64,000 nt of DNA from Haliotis rufescens (GCF_023055435.1 NW_025964383.1:9858001-9922000); one strand, 5' to 3'; positions 13,420 to 27,653 are shown, counted from the first letter of the stretch. Translations and numbers: made by a program. The notes: generated by a model from the letters alone, not told the origin.

Positions 13420-14165
13420 TGCGAATATGCTTGTCGTAGGAGGCGACTAACGGGATCGGGTGGTCGCTGACTTGATCCCAATTGCGTGGATCGATGCTCA
13501 TTATGTCAATCACTGGATTGTCTGGTCCAGACCGTCTTCCCGAGGCAAGAGAGTTAATTGACTATAAAAGTCCAGTTTCCACCCTTGCCAAACTAGGCTG
13601 GTATTATGGTGTAACATTTTGGCTGGACTAACGAGTCTATGCATAGTCCTATCAAAATCGCGCAACGAAATCGAAATACGGTTCGTAAACTGTGGTGCAG
13701 ATTTCGGTCGATTGCAGGATTTGCAAAGCATGTGCACCGCCAACTCGTTGTCAAGAGATATTTTCCAAATCTTTTCATGTTTTTAATCAAGGTGGTCACG
13801 TGATTTGATTTATTTCGCGATGTACATGTAAGACCCGTTTTATGACAATATAGACCTTGATTATCGATCAGATTGTCTTGACCGGGCGCCGCTGTTTTGT
13901 TTGAAGCAAATGCAAGTGATACGAGAGGTGAAATCTGATTGGTCCATAGGAGAGGCATAGAAGGGACATAACTCGTAATAGCCACTGGTGGCGCTACAAT
14001 CGAGCACAGGAATTCCAGCCTAGTTCGGCAAGGGTGGAAACTGGACTTTCAAAGTCAGTTAACTCTCTTGCCTCGGGAAGATGGGTCCAGATCCGATTAT
14101 TTACAGACCGCCGTCATATAGCTGAAATATTGCTGAGTGCGACGATAAACAACAAACAGACAAAC
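13420..14165 (+). mobile_element. 5'-truncated SINE with a Meta/MESC-like core, split by the MITE
   Basis: ATGCTTGTCGTAGGAGGCGACTAA resembles the Meta-domain motif (recalled, not searched); (CAAA)-type tail; flanking TACATGCA direct repeat. Confidence 0.6.
13533..14083. mobile_element. MITE with about 65-bp TIRs and 9-bp TSD (Mutator-like by TSD length), nested in a SINE
   Basis: Left C(G/A)TCTTCCCGAGGCAAGAGAGTTAA..AAAGTCCAGTTTCCACCCTTGCC.AACTAGGCTGG with its reverse complement ending at 14083; flanks GGTCCAGAC / GGTCCAGAT. Confidence 0.85.
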
Positions 14166-14273
14166 TACATGCAGCTATCTACTTATGTATGAGTAGATAT
14201 GTTCGTATATATGGCAATCCCTTTTCACATTTATTGCAAAATTACTGATATCTTCAATTGCTTGAACTATATC

Positions 14274-14446
14274 TGAGTGAGTGAGTGAGTGAGTATGGTT
14301 TTACGCCGCTTTTGACAATATTTCAGCAATATCACGGCGGGGGACACCAGAAATGGGCTTCACACTTTGTACCCATGTCGGGAATCGAACCCGGGTCTTC
14401 GGCGTGACGAGCGAACGCTTTAACCACTAGGCTACCCGATCGCCCC
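14274..14446 (-). mobile_element. Short tRNA-derived SINE (family 1) with (TCAC)n tail
   Basis: On the - strand: A box TAGCCTAGTGG, B box GGTTCGATTCC; several copies in the window. Confidence 0.88.
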
Positions 14447-17283
14447 TAAATATATATGAGATACAGATTGAACGTCAGGGTACCGTTCAATCTAACGTCG
14501 ATAAACCCGTTGACGGCCGCTACTGCAGTCCAGGATTCATCTTTGAAGAGGTCTGAACCCCAGTCAAGTAACCTCAGCATCAGATGTTGTCTTGTAGTTC
14601 GGTGATATAGCAGAAACCATGGACGTACAGCTAGTCGTAGTCGATGGTATGCTCTTGTAATCGATTCCCCAAAGTCATTGCACTGATCGGACGTAAGGCT
14701 GGGGCTGTTGCGGAGTATAAAACATCTGAAACCGACTTCGCAGGTGGATCAGATGGATATGGTTATCTTACCGACGTGATGTTACTTGGGGACGTCCTGA
14801 ACTTAGTCGGTACCTGGCGTTTAAAATCTGTTGGCACAGGCACAAGAGTGACTGTATGGTTTTTCGATGACGACCAAACTGACTAGCAACAACGTGTTGT
14901 GCAATCACCGGTTTCAAACATTCCAATTGCACCCCCCTGCTCATTTGCAGATAGAGACTGCATAACTTTAACGAGATTTCGGGGCCAATAAAGTTGCTTC
15001 TTTCAGACTGTCGGTTGCACAAACAAACTGTCAGCATGTCAAAATAATGTGCACGTATGGCTTTGATCATGAAAGTCTGCAAACATCTTTTAATTTGAAA
15101 GTTATTAAGGTACCTGCATGTATACTGAAATATCAAACAAATTTGATACGGTTGCCTGACCCTCTTGAATACACATATATGGATTCCCTTTTTACGCACT
15201 GTCTAGAACTCTTCGCATTGGCACATCAGGTAGATACTTTACTTCAAAATCAATAATGTTTGTCTGTCAAACTTTGAGGGCAACATAAACAAAACATCCT
15301 GATGAATAAACTTAAAGTATTTATCGCATTGCGATGATCAGACTTTACTTGTGTCGTCTGTCCCTGCATAATGATCAATAGAGTTGCTTTCTTCATACCC
15401 AAACTGTACGTCTTTACTATGAACAGTAAAAAATACCTTCAGCAAAAGGTTTCAATCCACGTAGATTGTTTGTGTCTGTTACAGACATAACTAATAGTAG
15501 TATACCGAATAGTCACTATACCGATAGTCAGTAGAAGTATGAAATATGCGGTTGTTTTTCTCATATAAATAAAGAACTTTCTACATATTATAGGCTGTGC
15601 ACGTGTATACAGAATAGATTGTTCTATCGGGATACCGATTTACGAATTCGAATATCAATCGAATAAAAACAACTATAAAAGCTTTAAAAGAAATCGATGT
15701 CAAATCTTAGAAGCCAACATTGAATGCCAAAATTCAAACAAGAGCTATAAACTTCCAACTGACAAAACAAAATAGCAACTGTCATTGCAACTTATATGAT
15801 AGTTATTTACTACAGACCTTAAATCTTTGCATAACTAACTTGTCCCGTCTTCAAATCGAAACTTGCAAAAGAAAATTATAGATGGAAGAAAGTTCCATTA
15901 CACAATACAACAACATATATACATATTGTTCTACCCACAACATGTTTAATGAGGTATATTTTTCGGTTGAAATGATAACGCCAAATGTGCTATATATTCC
16001 CTGCTTCGAATGAATGACAAAAAGGACAAAAATAAGTAACTTTTGTTCAAATCTCTGTATTTTGTGTAAATCGAAAACTTTATGAATATCCTTTGCCTAG
16101 CTATGATGTTATTGTTATATTTGAATAACATACATTCCTGCGTTTGGACATATTTTTGATAATGTTGGCTTCGTTTTGTTGGTAATATAAGATTAATTTT
16201 TTGATAATGTGTTTGTTGAATATTAACTCACACGACAACAGCGAACTGGAGTTATTCGTGCTTATGATTCCTGGATAACTGGTTAACCTCCTTACCCAAG
16301 CGAACTTGTAAAACACTAATCATTGCCAAAAGCACCGTAACGGGATATTGGGGAACGTACACAGCGTTGTGTTTTGAATTTTATTTTAAAAATGTTGGAC
16401 TGTAGACTTGAATTACATGTACTTTTGCTTGTACGTATGCATTTTACCAATTACATCTTTCTCTTCAGTAACTGTCGAACGACATTCTGTGTCTAGTTAT
16501 ATTGAATTCTATGTATATATTGTCAACTCATCTCGTCATCATTATCTATCCCTTCATCGTCCTCGTCGATGTCATGAACTTAACGCTGGACACAATTCTG
16601 TCAAAACTCTTAATCTTGGTTCTTATCGAATCAAAGAATACTCCTTTGAGAGTGAGAGAGAGACAGACAGACAGACAGACAGAGAACGAAAACGATCAGT
16701 TATTGATTGAACTTTGACATCATTCATATAGATTATGAACAGTGAAAGCCTTATTGCATCTTCCCTGACTAAGTTGCTTCCTCATCGTGTTCCTAATGAC
16801 CGGCTTCGAGAAATTTTGTTTGTTGAACATGTCCAAGTATTTGACGCACCTGCATCAAAAGCCACACTCTTCTAAAGGGGTTATAACAGGAACATACAGC
16901 ATGTTTTATGGAAACACAATGCATTTTTAACCATTTTGTATTATTTCACAAAACAAACAACGTGACAGACAAATGTGGAATAACAATTGGTTGTCGCATC
17001 CCACAGATTATATTTCTAAAGGTCTTACTTTTTCACCTCCGATAAGCAGGATCATGTAGACATTTACGGATGTCGATATTTCGATCTGAAGAAAACCATT
17101 GCTGTTACAGTAGATGCAGCGAGTGTTCAATCATCTCCCTCAATTTCACCAATTCGAATTATTTTAAAGTATCCAGGGTCCAAAAGAACTAAAACAATCA
17201 AACACTAACAACAGGTCAATGTTCATACTTCTGGATCGACGTCCAATTAAAAAGTAAAATTTCTTGAAAAGATAAATGTCCCA

Positions 17284-20200
17284 TTACAATTCCGTTGTTA
17301 GCTGCAATGGTTTGATTTCCTCCTCATTTTCATTTAATGATTCTTCTTTCAGGTGTCTTGAGACGCGTCTTGTTAGTAGCGGTACACACAGCAGAATGAT
17401 TGCAGATGCATATGCACATGCACCAAGATAGTTGAAGCCTGCAGTATATGAACCAGTGTAATCTGTAAGACTACCTGAAAGAAGAAAATACAATGCATCA
17501 TATTGTTCAGGATCATTAACAGGATCACTAATCTCCTTTATCTCGGTCTGTCCTTAAAGGCGATTTAAATTTATGGTCTTGGTATAATACGGATTACACG
17601 ATACATTTTCATGCTTAAGGACTTCGAGTTACAAGGCATCACTGTGTCTACACAAAGAATGCAAGTTAATTCATTCTTAGTTAATCTAATGTGACTACAA
17701 ATTCTGCAAGTTGTATATATACTCTTCAAAAAAAGAAACTTGACAGATGTAAAACCACTTTTTGCCAAATATCTAAAATAATTACATTAAATGAGAACCA
17801 AATAAGTCAAACAGAAAGATGATGTGTCTATAATTCACGAAAACACATGTTAAGCACATAAACGTAGCGTTTGGGGATCAATTTTACAGCTTCATCCAAA
17901 CGCAACCACCTGTAAAAAAAGGGCAGCACAGGATCCAGCATTTAGGCATGCAGACCCCCCTGCTGAATGGGTATGAAAATCCACATCAACGGCTGTTCAT
18001 ACAGTCCTATAACGGCAGTAGAGGCGGTGACAGAATGCCGAGACTGAATGCAGCTCAACGGAACAACGCCATTGGGAGATTACAAGCTGGAGCAACTCAG
18101 TAAGAAGTGACCAGGCACTTTGGCGTATCCAGACAGACAATCTCCGCACTGTGGACCCGATACAAAAACACCAACAGAGTGGACGACAGACCAAGGTCAG
18201 GAAGACCAAGGATGACAACCCAAGCACAAGATCGATACATCCGGCTGCGACATCTCCGAGACCGCACTACCACAGCCACGTCTACAACCACACAGATCCC
18301 TGGGGTACGCAGAATATCAGATCAAACGTTACGCAACAGACTGAGGGAGGCTGGACTTTTTGCACGAAGACCTGTTCGACGTCATGTATTGACCCCACGT
18401 CATCTGGCGGACCGTCTGCTTTGGTGCCAACAGGGGGTTAGATAGGCACGTGCATGGTGGAGAAACTGTTTACTGACGAGTCCCGTTTCCTACTCACACG
18501 TGCTGATGGGCGCGCACGTGTCTACAGACGTCGGTGTGAACGTTACGCCCCCAACTGTGTGCAGCAGGTTGTCCCCTTTGGCGGCAGGAGTGTCATGGTA
18601 TGGGCCGGAATTCATCACGGTGGTAGGACGCCTCTCGTGCATGTGTCAGGTGCATTGACGGGTGTGCGTTACAGAGACTTGATCCTACAGCCCTACGTTC
18701 TTCCTCACGTCAACGTTCATGGCGGACAGTTCCAGCAGGACAACGCTCGACCGCACGTGTTTGTCAGGACTTCTTACAGCACAACAACATGCAGACATTA
18801 CCTTGGCCAGCCCGTTCACCAGATTTGTCCCCGATTGAGCATCTGTGGGACGAGTTGGATCGACGCGTTCGCAGAAGGAATCCACCGCCCCAAACACTTC
18901 CGGCGCTTCTTCATGCACTTCAGCATGAATGGCAGCACATCCCACAGCGTGTTATTGACAACTTGATTGCATCTATGGGTCGTCGATGCAAGCGGTGATT
19001 GATGCACGTGTTGGGCACAACCGATACTGACATTTTCTGTACCCCTGTGACATTAACTGTATCGTGTACGTGTGTCTGTCTAGGTGACACGATTAATGTT
19101 TTGAACATTGTGTACATTGATCTTCAAACAGTGTTTCAATAATGGTTTCTGTGTCCTATTTTAAAACAATCGCATTATATAACATTTTGAAAATCAGTGT
19201 CAAGTTTCTTTTTTTGAAGAGTATATATTAAAAGCGTGTTGTACTTACCTACGATAGGGTGCGTTATGGCCATTGAAACACCATGGAAAAGAGATACAAA
19301 GCCAAGTGTCTTCGCCATGTACTGCAATCCGAGGAGGTCTACAATTGCGACAGGAATCAGACAAAAGTAGGAGCTCGCGAACATCCCGTACACTACAGAA
19401 TATATCAGCAATGTCACATACGAATTGAAAAAAAATGTGAGATGAGTAATAGTCCCAGTAATTATAAGACCAATCGCCATAATCGTTGTAACTCGCATGA
19501 TTTTCGAGTCTGCTAAGAAACCATAGACAAATCTGCTAAAGAAATCTATTGCTCCAGATATAAGTAGAAATATTGCAGCGTCACTCTGATTGATGTCTTT
19601 GTCTTTCGCCAACGCGGGCAAATATACCGGCACAAGGCCTATGGTTATTCCAAAGAAAGAATACAAAATAACCATTAAGAACACTGGCTTCTTGAACAAC
19701 GAAAACTCCAATGTTGAAAGCACTTTCTTTATGTAAAAAATCGCATTCTTGGGATTGACAGTATCCTTCTCAATATTTTCATCAATTTTTGGAAATGCGC
19801 CATCTTCATCTTCATCTTCTAAACTTAACATTGACACTGAACCTATTTCGGCATTGCTTGCATACACATTGTAGCTTGTTTGACTCGTCCCTGACAGTGG
19901 TCTGCTGATTCTTCTTACGAGTGTAGGCGAATCTGGTAAATCTGTATTGAGGAGCGAATACCCTTGAAATGGAGACCTTCCCGTCATTTCCGATGTAATG
20001 GAACTTACACTTTGAAACTTTTCAGGATTTGATTTTCCATAATGTTTCAATTCAGCTCTCAATGAACGCCGATTTAGTTTGGTATTTGCTGCATGTCCGT
20101 TTTGTTTTGTGTTTGCTGTTATCTTCATTTTTCTGTGCGACTCTAGTGGGCGGTTCACCAATCCACCCACCCACATGTTCATCGTTATTCCTGTTAGTAT

Positions 20201-23200
20201 TATCATACTGCCCTGTAACCCATACTCGTCTAAAAGGTATCGTATCAAAGGGGGAAACACGCTGCTCCCAAAACTGATGCCGGACATAGCTATTGATATA
20301 GCAAGTCCTCGTCGTTTGTTGAAGTAGTGCCCAATCAGAACAATAGCTGGGTCATAGATCATGGAGTATCCCACACCTGTGTATATAAACATGCATCATT
20401 AGAGCAAATGAAGTGGATAAGAGTAGGAGCAAATATAAGCACGGTGAATATAAGCAGTGAATATTAGCATTTTTTGTTTGTTTCACCTACATCGGCGGAG
20501 ACGCGAATAGTTGGATCGACACGTTTTACAAATGTGGGCATTCCATGTACGATGTAATCGTTCGGAAAAAGCGGTTTTCGGATTAAAGGGGTGCGGGACT
20601 TACGATGTTTTATTGCAACAGAGTGTATGCGGATGCACTAACCTCTTAGCCACTGATCCCGTCGGAGAGTAACTTATGTGCGCATAATTTAATCAGTTAG
20701 TTAAAGGAAAATAAAATAAGTAACCTTTCCATTTCAACTGCCGACCTCTGGTTACATGTAATCATATACACTTTTGTTTGCAAGTATATATATTTTATTA
20801 TTTGCAAACAACTTCCATTGTTTGTTGGCTGTTCGGTCATAAAATGTGAATGAGGTTTTGTAACAACATTTTATGTACGAGTACGTCATTCCTGTCCACT
20901 GAATGTGGCAGAATAATTTTTTTTGTCGTTATTGTCTGTAGCAGTAACTGTCGAAGTAACTGTGTGAAGTACTGTTGTGTTTAGAGTTATCCAACGCTCC
21001 GTTTTGACAAACATGACCGAATGGAAGCATTCAACAGTATCAAAATTCAAGGTATTGGTGATGCTTTATCTCTAATTCTGAGCCATGTTATTTGTCAACG
21101 TATTTGTCCCATGGTATTGCCTTGATATATTGCAAACCTACCACTAATGTATTGATTATTCATTGATCTTGAGTGGACATTTACTGATTCTGAGTTTAAT
21201 TTGGGAAATCACCCAGTACCACAAGGTCGTAGAAATGAATCTTGGGTCGGCTTATCTATTCAATGACACAGCCAAATGTGTCCCAAAAAATATTATGCAT
21301 GTGATGACATTAACCATTTCTCTATGAAGCACATATGATTTGGCATCTGTTTGTTGTTTAAGTAAGTACACAGCAATATTCCAACTATATAACGGTTGTT
21401 TTAAAACAATAGATTCTGGAACAGACAAACCCGTATTATGTGCCTAAATCAACACGATGACAAGCAGTCAACTCAATTTAGCCTTACCGATTAACACACT
21501 GTGTGTACAAACCAGGTACGTAATACTTGTAGGGAAGATAGCCATTACCATGGCAACGGTAGATATGGTTGCTCCAAGCATCACTGTCTTCCTGACACCA
21601 AGAAGGTCTACCAGGACATGCATGGATATAAGCGCTGGAACAGGAAACCGGATTATGTGGATGCTTTCAATACATATGCGGCCATCCTCTAAGATACACA
21701 TACAGGTGTAGCCTAAAAGACACATGTGACCAACCAAGTAATACATAACATAATACAATCACCATTTAACTTCTCTTATTTTAAAACTGCGGTATCTTAG
21801 GACTATAAGAAAAGAGTTTATAAGCTTCGATTCATATTCATTACAGAGATACATTACTTCAAACATTTCTTTTTCTGCTAAGTCCAAATTTTCAGACTTA
21901 TAACTGTTTATACAACGATAGCAGTTTTTAGATACCATGTCTTATTAATCGAAAGTAAGCAGGTATACTGATATGGTTTGAAATAATGTTTTATAGCATT
22001 ACGAACTAACGAGAGAAAAATAAAATAGTTTTGTAGAGTGAGCACACAAGGTTATTTTCACGGAATTACGTTGACGTCAAAAGTTTTCTTTATGACGTCA
22101 CAGCATATAAGTACTAATAGCACCCAGTAGGTGCCTTTTCTCCTGCCGGGTCACATATGATTGGACTTTTCTCACTTAATAAACATTCATGATTCGTGAA
22201 CCCGGGCATTAATGTATCGACACGTTGAACAGTACATTTCGGATCAACGGTTCCACTGTACGTGCTAGTATGTTATAGCTGTGTACACAGTATAGTATGG
22301 ACATGTATACTTACAAGACAGGCTATAAACACCAGCCATGACGCCCATCAGTAGCGTCGTTTTGGTGGCTGATGCTTCAAAAATCTTCAAGTATTCCACG
22401 AAAAGGATGGCAATCCCTCGACCATAGCCAGTCAGAATAATGACGTTGAGAAGACATCCTGAAAAGGGGTATATGTTGCTCTAACGGATGTCACTGAGAA
22501 CAAATACTCTTAACTATGTTTGGTCTTAGGCCCCAGTTATTTCGGTCATTCATGAGGTAAAGCACAAGTGACGTTGGTAAAGATATTTACCCATTTGCAG
22601 GTGAACGGATGCGGTGCTGACAAACCAAAGGTCTTAATCAGCGCGAATTCGCTTCGAACTTGAGTTCATAGGATGCAAAGACTACTATGCTCTTTGCCTC
22701 CTACAAAGATGAAATAAAACTCACAAAACCGCGGTACTATTACACATCATTGCGGTCAAACTGACCAGAGAATGTGTATGTCATCACGCTACGGCACCGT
22801 GTGTCAGTTGAAGGTTGGTGGTTATTTAATAGTGATACATTTTCTTCGTAAACCAATGAACACACACGTGGCGCTGGCAAAGACCACACTCAACTGGAAT
22901 CTGGGCTTCGAACCTAAGATGAGAGGACGCAGTTGCGTACAGCGTATTACGATACCTTAGACTACTTTGTCATCCTTGCCTTCCACAAAGATAAAAATAT
23001 TATTTCCGAACATAAACCCTTCTAGTAATTATTGTCACCCTTATGCCAAGACGCATATATCAAGGGGTGGGGACAATAACTATTAGCGTGGATACATAAG
23101 GCCACGGTCCTATTACACACCATTGCTGTCAACATTACCAGTGCATGTGTATGACATTAGGAATATTTAATGGGTATTGAACAGACATACGAATGTTGGT

Positions 23201-23994
23201 CAATCCTGAGAGACACTGCAATAGAGGTCTATGAAAGCTATTTAGAAGTGATACACATAAGGAAGAGAATATATTAGCAATAGACAATGGAAGCCAACAC
23301 TTTACAGTGATTAGCGCTGATAGTATGGAAGCCAGTATTTAAATTATCATAGATAAGTAATAGGCAATGGACACAGGGCAAACAGGAGGCCGGGGGTAAT
23401 TAGCACAGAACGGCGAAAGAATTGACATAGAAATGCCAGCCATGAACCGTGACCAGGGAACCTATCTGCCTAGTGCTTGGATCTTTGTCGGTGCTAATTA
23501 CCTAGCTGGCTTCCATTTGCTCATTGCTGGTGAAGAAGTAAGAATGTACTCCGAAACGTTGTGTTCCTCATAATAAAAAAGTTGACATCCATACGTTCTC
23601 TGCCTTAATGCAATAGAGGTTCCCATAAAACAAAACAAAAGCCAATATTTACACCATCTTTGGTGAAGAATATTACCATAGGCAAGACATATGCAAGTAA
23701 CTATATACCCGCTAGTATCATCCACGCCCAGCCTCGATCTATGGGGAGATGACTGTCATCAGTTCCATCCGTCTGGACATCCGTAGTTTTTGAAATAGAG
23801 GTCTCCACGTGTCCCGATTCACCGACGTTGCGTTGGTGTATCTTAGAGAGCCTGTTCCGGACAAACGCATCCTCTTCTTCATTGCTGTTTGCTCCACTAA
23901 TATCGATGCTAAAATCCTCCACCTTGTCTCCGAGGCGTTCAGGTCCGCCTGCAGTCCCACACCGGTCCGTTGGTAACTCTTCATCAGAATCCAT
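17284..23994 (-). CDS. Gene C, SLC16/MCT family transporter (paralog of B), 631 aa; exons 23994-23709, 22458-22315, 21634-21488, 20376-19249, 17474-17284
   Basis: GT-AG phase-1 junctions, 1896 nt open frame, PIDRGWAW motif; intron 4 contains a Tc1 element. Confidence 0.9.
17720..19223 (+). mobile_element. Tc1-family DNA transposon, full length, in intron 4 of gene C
   Basis: Perfect 26-bp inverted repeats TACTCTTCAAAAAAAGAAACTTGACA (17720-17745 / 19198-19223) in a TA context; absent from the equivalent intron of gene B. Confidence 0.93.
18035..19030 (+). pseudogene. Inactivated Tc1 (DD34E-type) transposase
   Basis: Starts MPRLNAAQR; motifs RSGRPR, FTDESRF, QQDNARPH, WPARSPDLSPIEHLW. In-frame stops at 18101 and 18443; frameshifts near 18466, 18757 and 18990. 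Confidence 0.9.
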
Positions 23995-24482
23995 TTGGTC
24001 AAATGGTCTGTGTCGTACGTATTCTCTGCTCGTGTTACCTCTCACCTTTGTACCTTCACTATCAATGAGGCCAAAATGTACGGCATTCATCCTGTTATCA
24101 GTACATGCTTGTTCACGGAGGAAATACAAAGAATGTGACCGCGTGTAAGTCACATTAGAAATAAATAAACGACGAGTGGGGGTTGTTTATCGTACAATAA
24201 AACACTGCAGGGGGAATAAACCATGAGGGGTGCAGCCCCAAGTAGTGTATTCTCCCTGTAGTGTTTTATTGTACGATAAACAACGACCACAATTCGTTTG
24301 TTTCTTATATGAGATATCTACATTTTGTACAGCCTCTTTAAGTAGTTGATAAAATGTACAAGCTTTAAAAATATATACCCCAATTTTAAAAACGATGAAT
24401 AAAATCCTGAATAAAATCCGAACTCGGAAATGTCGGACAAGTCCATTCACAGGTGGGTTAAGTTTGGTATTTCCCAACATTA

Positions 24483-27400
24483 ACATTAACCATTTCTCTA
24501 TGAAGCACATATGATTTGGCATCTGTTTGTTGTTTAAGTAAGTACACAGCAATATTCCAACTATATAACGGTTGTTTTAAAACAATAGATTCTGGAACAG
24601 ACAAACCCGTATTATGTGCCTAAATCAACACGATGACAAGCAGTCAACTCAATTTAGCCTTACCGATTAACACACTGTGTGTACAAACCAGGTACGTAAT
24701 ACTTGTAGGGAAGATAGCCATTACCATGGCAACGGTAGATATGGTTGCTCCAAGCATCACTGTCTTCCTGACACCAAGAAGGTCTACCAGGACATGCATG
24801 GATATAAGCGCTGGAACAGGAAACCGGATTATGTGGATGCTTTCAATACATATGCGGCCATCCTCTAAGATACACATACAGGTGTAGCCTAAAAGACACA
24901 TGTGACCAACCAAGTAATACATAACATAATACAATCACCATTTAACTTCTCTTATTTTAAAACTGCGGTATCTTAGGACTATAAGAAAAGAGTTTATAAG
25001 CTTCGATTCATATTCATTACAGAGATACATTACTTCAAACATTTCTTTTTCTGCTAAGTCCAAATTTTCAGACTTATAACTGTTTATACAACGATAGCAG
25101 TTTTTAGATACCATGTCTTATTAATCGAAAGTAAGCAGGTATACTGATATGGTTTGAAATAATGTTTTATAGCATTACGAACTAACGAGAGAAAAATAAA
25201 ATAGTTTTGTAGAGTGAGCACACAAGGTTATTTTCACGGAATTACGTTGACGTCAAAAGTTTTCTTTATGACGTCACAGCATATAAGTACTAATAGCACC
25301 CAGTAGGTGCCTTTTCTCCTGCCGGGTCACATATGATTGGACTTTTCTCACTTAATAAACATTCATGATTCGTGAACCCGGGCATTAATGTATCGACACG
25401 TTGAACAGTACATTTCGGATCAACGGTTCCACTGTACGTGCTAGTATGTTATAGCTGTGTACACAGTATAGTATGGACATGTATACTTACAAGACAGGCT
25501 ATAAACACCAGCCATGACGCCCATCAGTAGCGTCGTTTTGGTGGCTGATGCTTCAAAAATCTTCAAGTATTCCACGAAAAGGATGGCAATCCCTCGACCA
25601 TAGCCAGTCAGAATAATGACGTTGAGAAGACATCCTGAAAAGGGGTATATGTTGCTCTAACGGATGTCACTGAGAACAAATACTCTTAACTATGTTTGGT
25701 CTTAGGCCCCAGTTATTTCGGTCATTCATGAGGTAAAGCACAAGTGACGTTGGTAAAGATATTTACCCATTTGCAGGTGAACGGATGCGGTGCTGACAAA
25801 CCAAAGGTCTTAATCAGCGCGAATTCGCTTCGAACTTGAGTTCATAGGATGCAAAGACTACTATGCTCTTTGCCTCCTACAAAGATGAAATAAAACTCAC
25901 AAAACCGCGGTACTATTACACATCATTGCGGTCAAACTGACCAGAGAATGTGTATGTCATCACGCTACGGCACCGTGTGTCAGTTGAAGGTTGGTGGTTA
26001 TTTAATAGTGATACATTTTCTTCGTAAACCAATGAACACACACGTGGCGCTGGCAAAGACCACACTCAACTGGAATCTGGGCTTCGAACCTAAGATGAGA
26101 GGACGCAGTTGCGTACAGCGTATTACGATACCTTAGACTACTTTGTCATCCTTGCCTTCCACAAAGATAAAAATATTATTTCCGAACATAAACCCTTCTA
26201 GTAATTATTGTCACCCTTATGCCAAGACGCATATATCAAGGGGTGGGGACAATAACTATTAGCGTGGATACATAAGGCCACGGTCCTATTACACACCATT
26301 GCTGTCAACATTACCAGTGCATGTGTATGACATTAGGAATATTTAATGGGTATTGAACAGACATACGAATGTTGGTCAATCCTGAGAGACACTGCAATAG
26401 AGGTCTATGAAAGCTATTTAGAAGTGATACACATAAGGAAGAGAATATATTAGCAATAGACAATGGAAGCCAACACTTTACAGTGATTAGCGCTGATAGT
26501 ATGGAAGCCAGTATTTAAATTATCATAGATAAGTAATAGGCAATGGACACAGGGCAAACAGGAGGCCGGGGGTAATTAGCACAGAACGGCGAAAGAATTG
26601 ACATAGAAATGCCAGCCATGAACCGTGACCAGGGAACCTATCTGCCTAGTGCTTGGATCTTTGTCGGTGCTAATTACCTAGCTGGCTTCCATTTGCTCAT
26701 TGCTGGTGAAGAAGTAAGAATGTACTCCGAAACGTTGTGTTCCTCATAATAAAAAAGTTGACATCCATACGTTCTCTGCCTTAATGCAATAGAGGTTCCC
26801 ATAAAACAAAACAAAAGCCAATATTTACACCATCTTTGGTGAAGAATATTACCATAGGCAAGACATATGCAAGTAACTATATACCCGCTAGTATCATCCA
26901 CGCCCAGCCTCGATCTATGGGGAGATGACTGTCATCAGTTCCATCCGTCTGGACATCCGTAGTTTTTGAAATAGAGGTCTCCACGTGTCCCGATTCACCG
27001 ACGTTGCGTTGGTGTATCTTAGAGAGCCTGTTCCGGACAAACGCATCCTCTTCTTCATTGCTGTTTGCTCCACTAATATCGATGCTAAAATCCTCCACCT
27101 TGTCTCCGAGGCGTTCAGGTCCGCCTGCAGTCCCACACCGGTCCGTTGGTAACTCTTCATCAGAATCCATTTGGTCAAATGGTCTGTGTCGTACGTATTC
27201 TCTGCTCGTGTTACCTCTCACCTTTGTACCTTCACTATCAATGAGGCCAAAATGTACGGCATTCATCCTGTTATCAGTACATGCTTGTTCACGGAGGAAA
27301 TACAAAGAATGTGACCGCGTGTAAGTCACATTAGAAATAAATAAACGACGAGTGGGGGTTGTTTATCGTACAATAAAACACTGCAGGGGGAATAAACCAT

Positions 27401-27653
27401 GAGGGGTGCAGCCCCAAGTAGTGTATTCTCCCTGTAGTGTTTTATTGTACGATAAACAACGACCACAATTCGTTTGTTTCTTATATGAGATATCTACATT
27501 TTGTACAGCCTCTTTAAGTAGTTGATAAAATGTACAAGCTTTAAAAATATATACCCCAATTTTAAAAACGATGAATAAAATCCTGAATAAAATCCGAACT
27601 CGGAAATGTCGGACAAGTCCATTCACAGGTGGGTTAAGTTTGGTATTTCCCAA
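24483..27653 (-). repeat. Tandem duplicate (period 3176 bp) of 21307-24477, carrying second copies of gene C exons 1-3 (27170-26885, 25634-25491, 24810-24664)
   Basis: ORF translations are identical at a constant 3176 offset; no mismatch seen by eye; 5 extra nt (CATTA) at the junction 24478-24482. Confidence 0.93.

Noticed and set aside
14370-14446. tRNA gene calls for this and the other A/B-box sequences
   Set aside because: They continue into shared bodies, simple-repeat tails and TSDs, so they are SINE heads.
23995-24153. In-frame N-terminal extension of gene C suggested by the ORF track
   Set aside because: Not open in paralog B; the conserved start is MDSDEE and the upstream sequence looks like intron or UTR.
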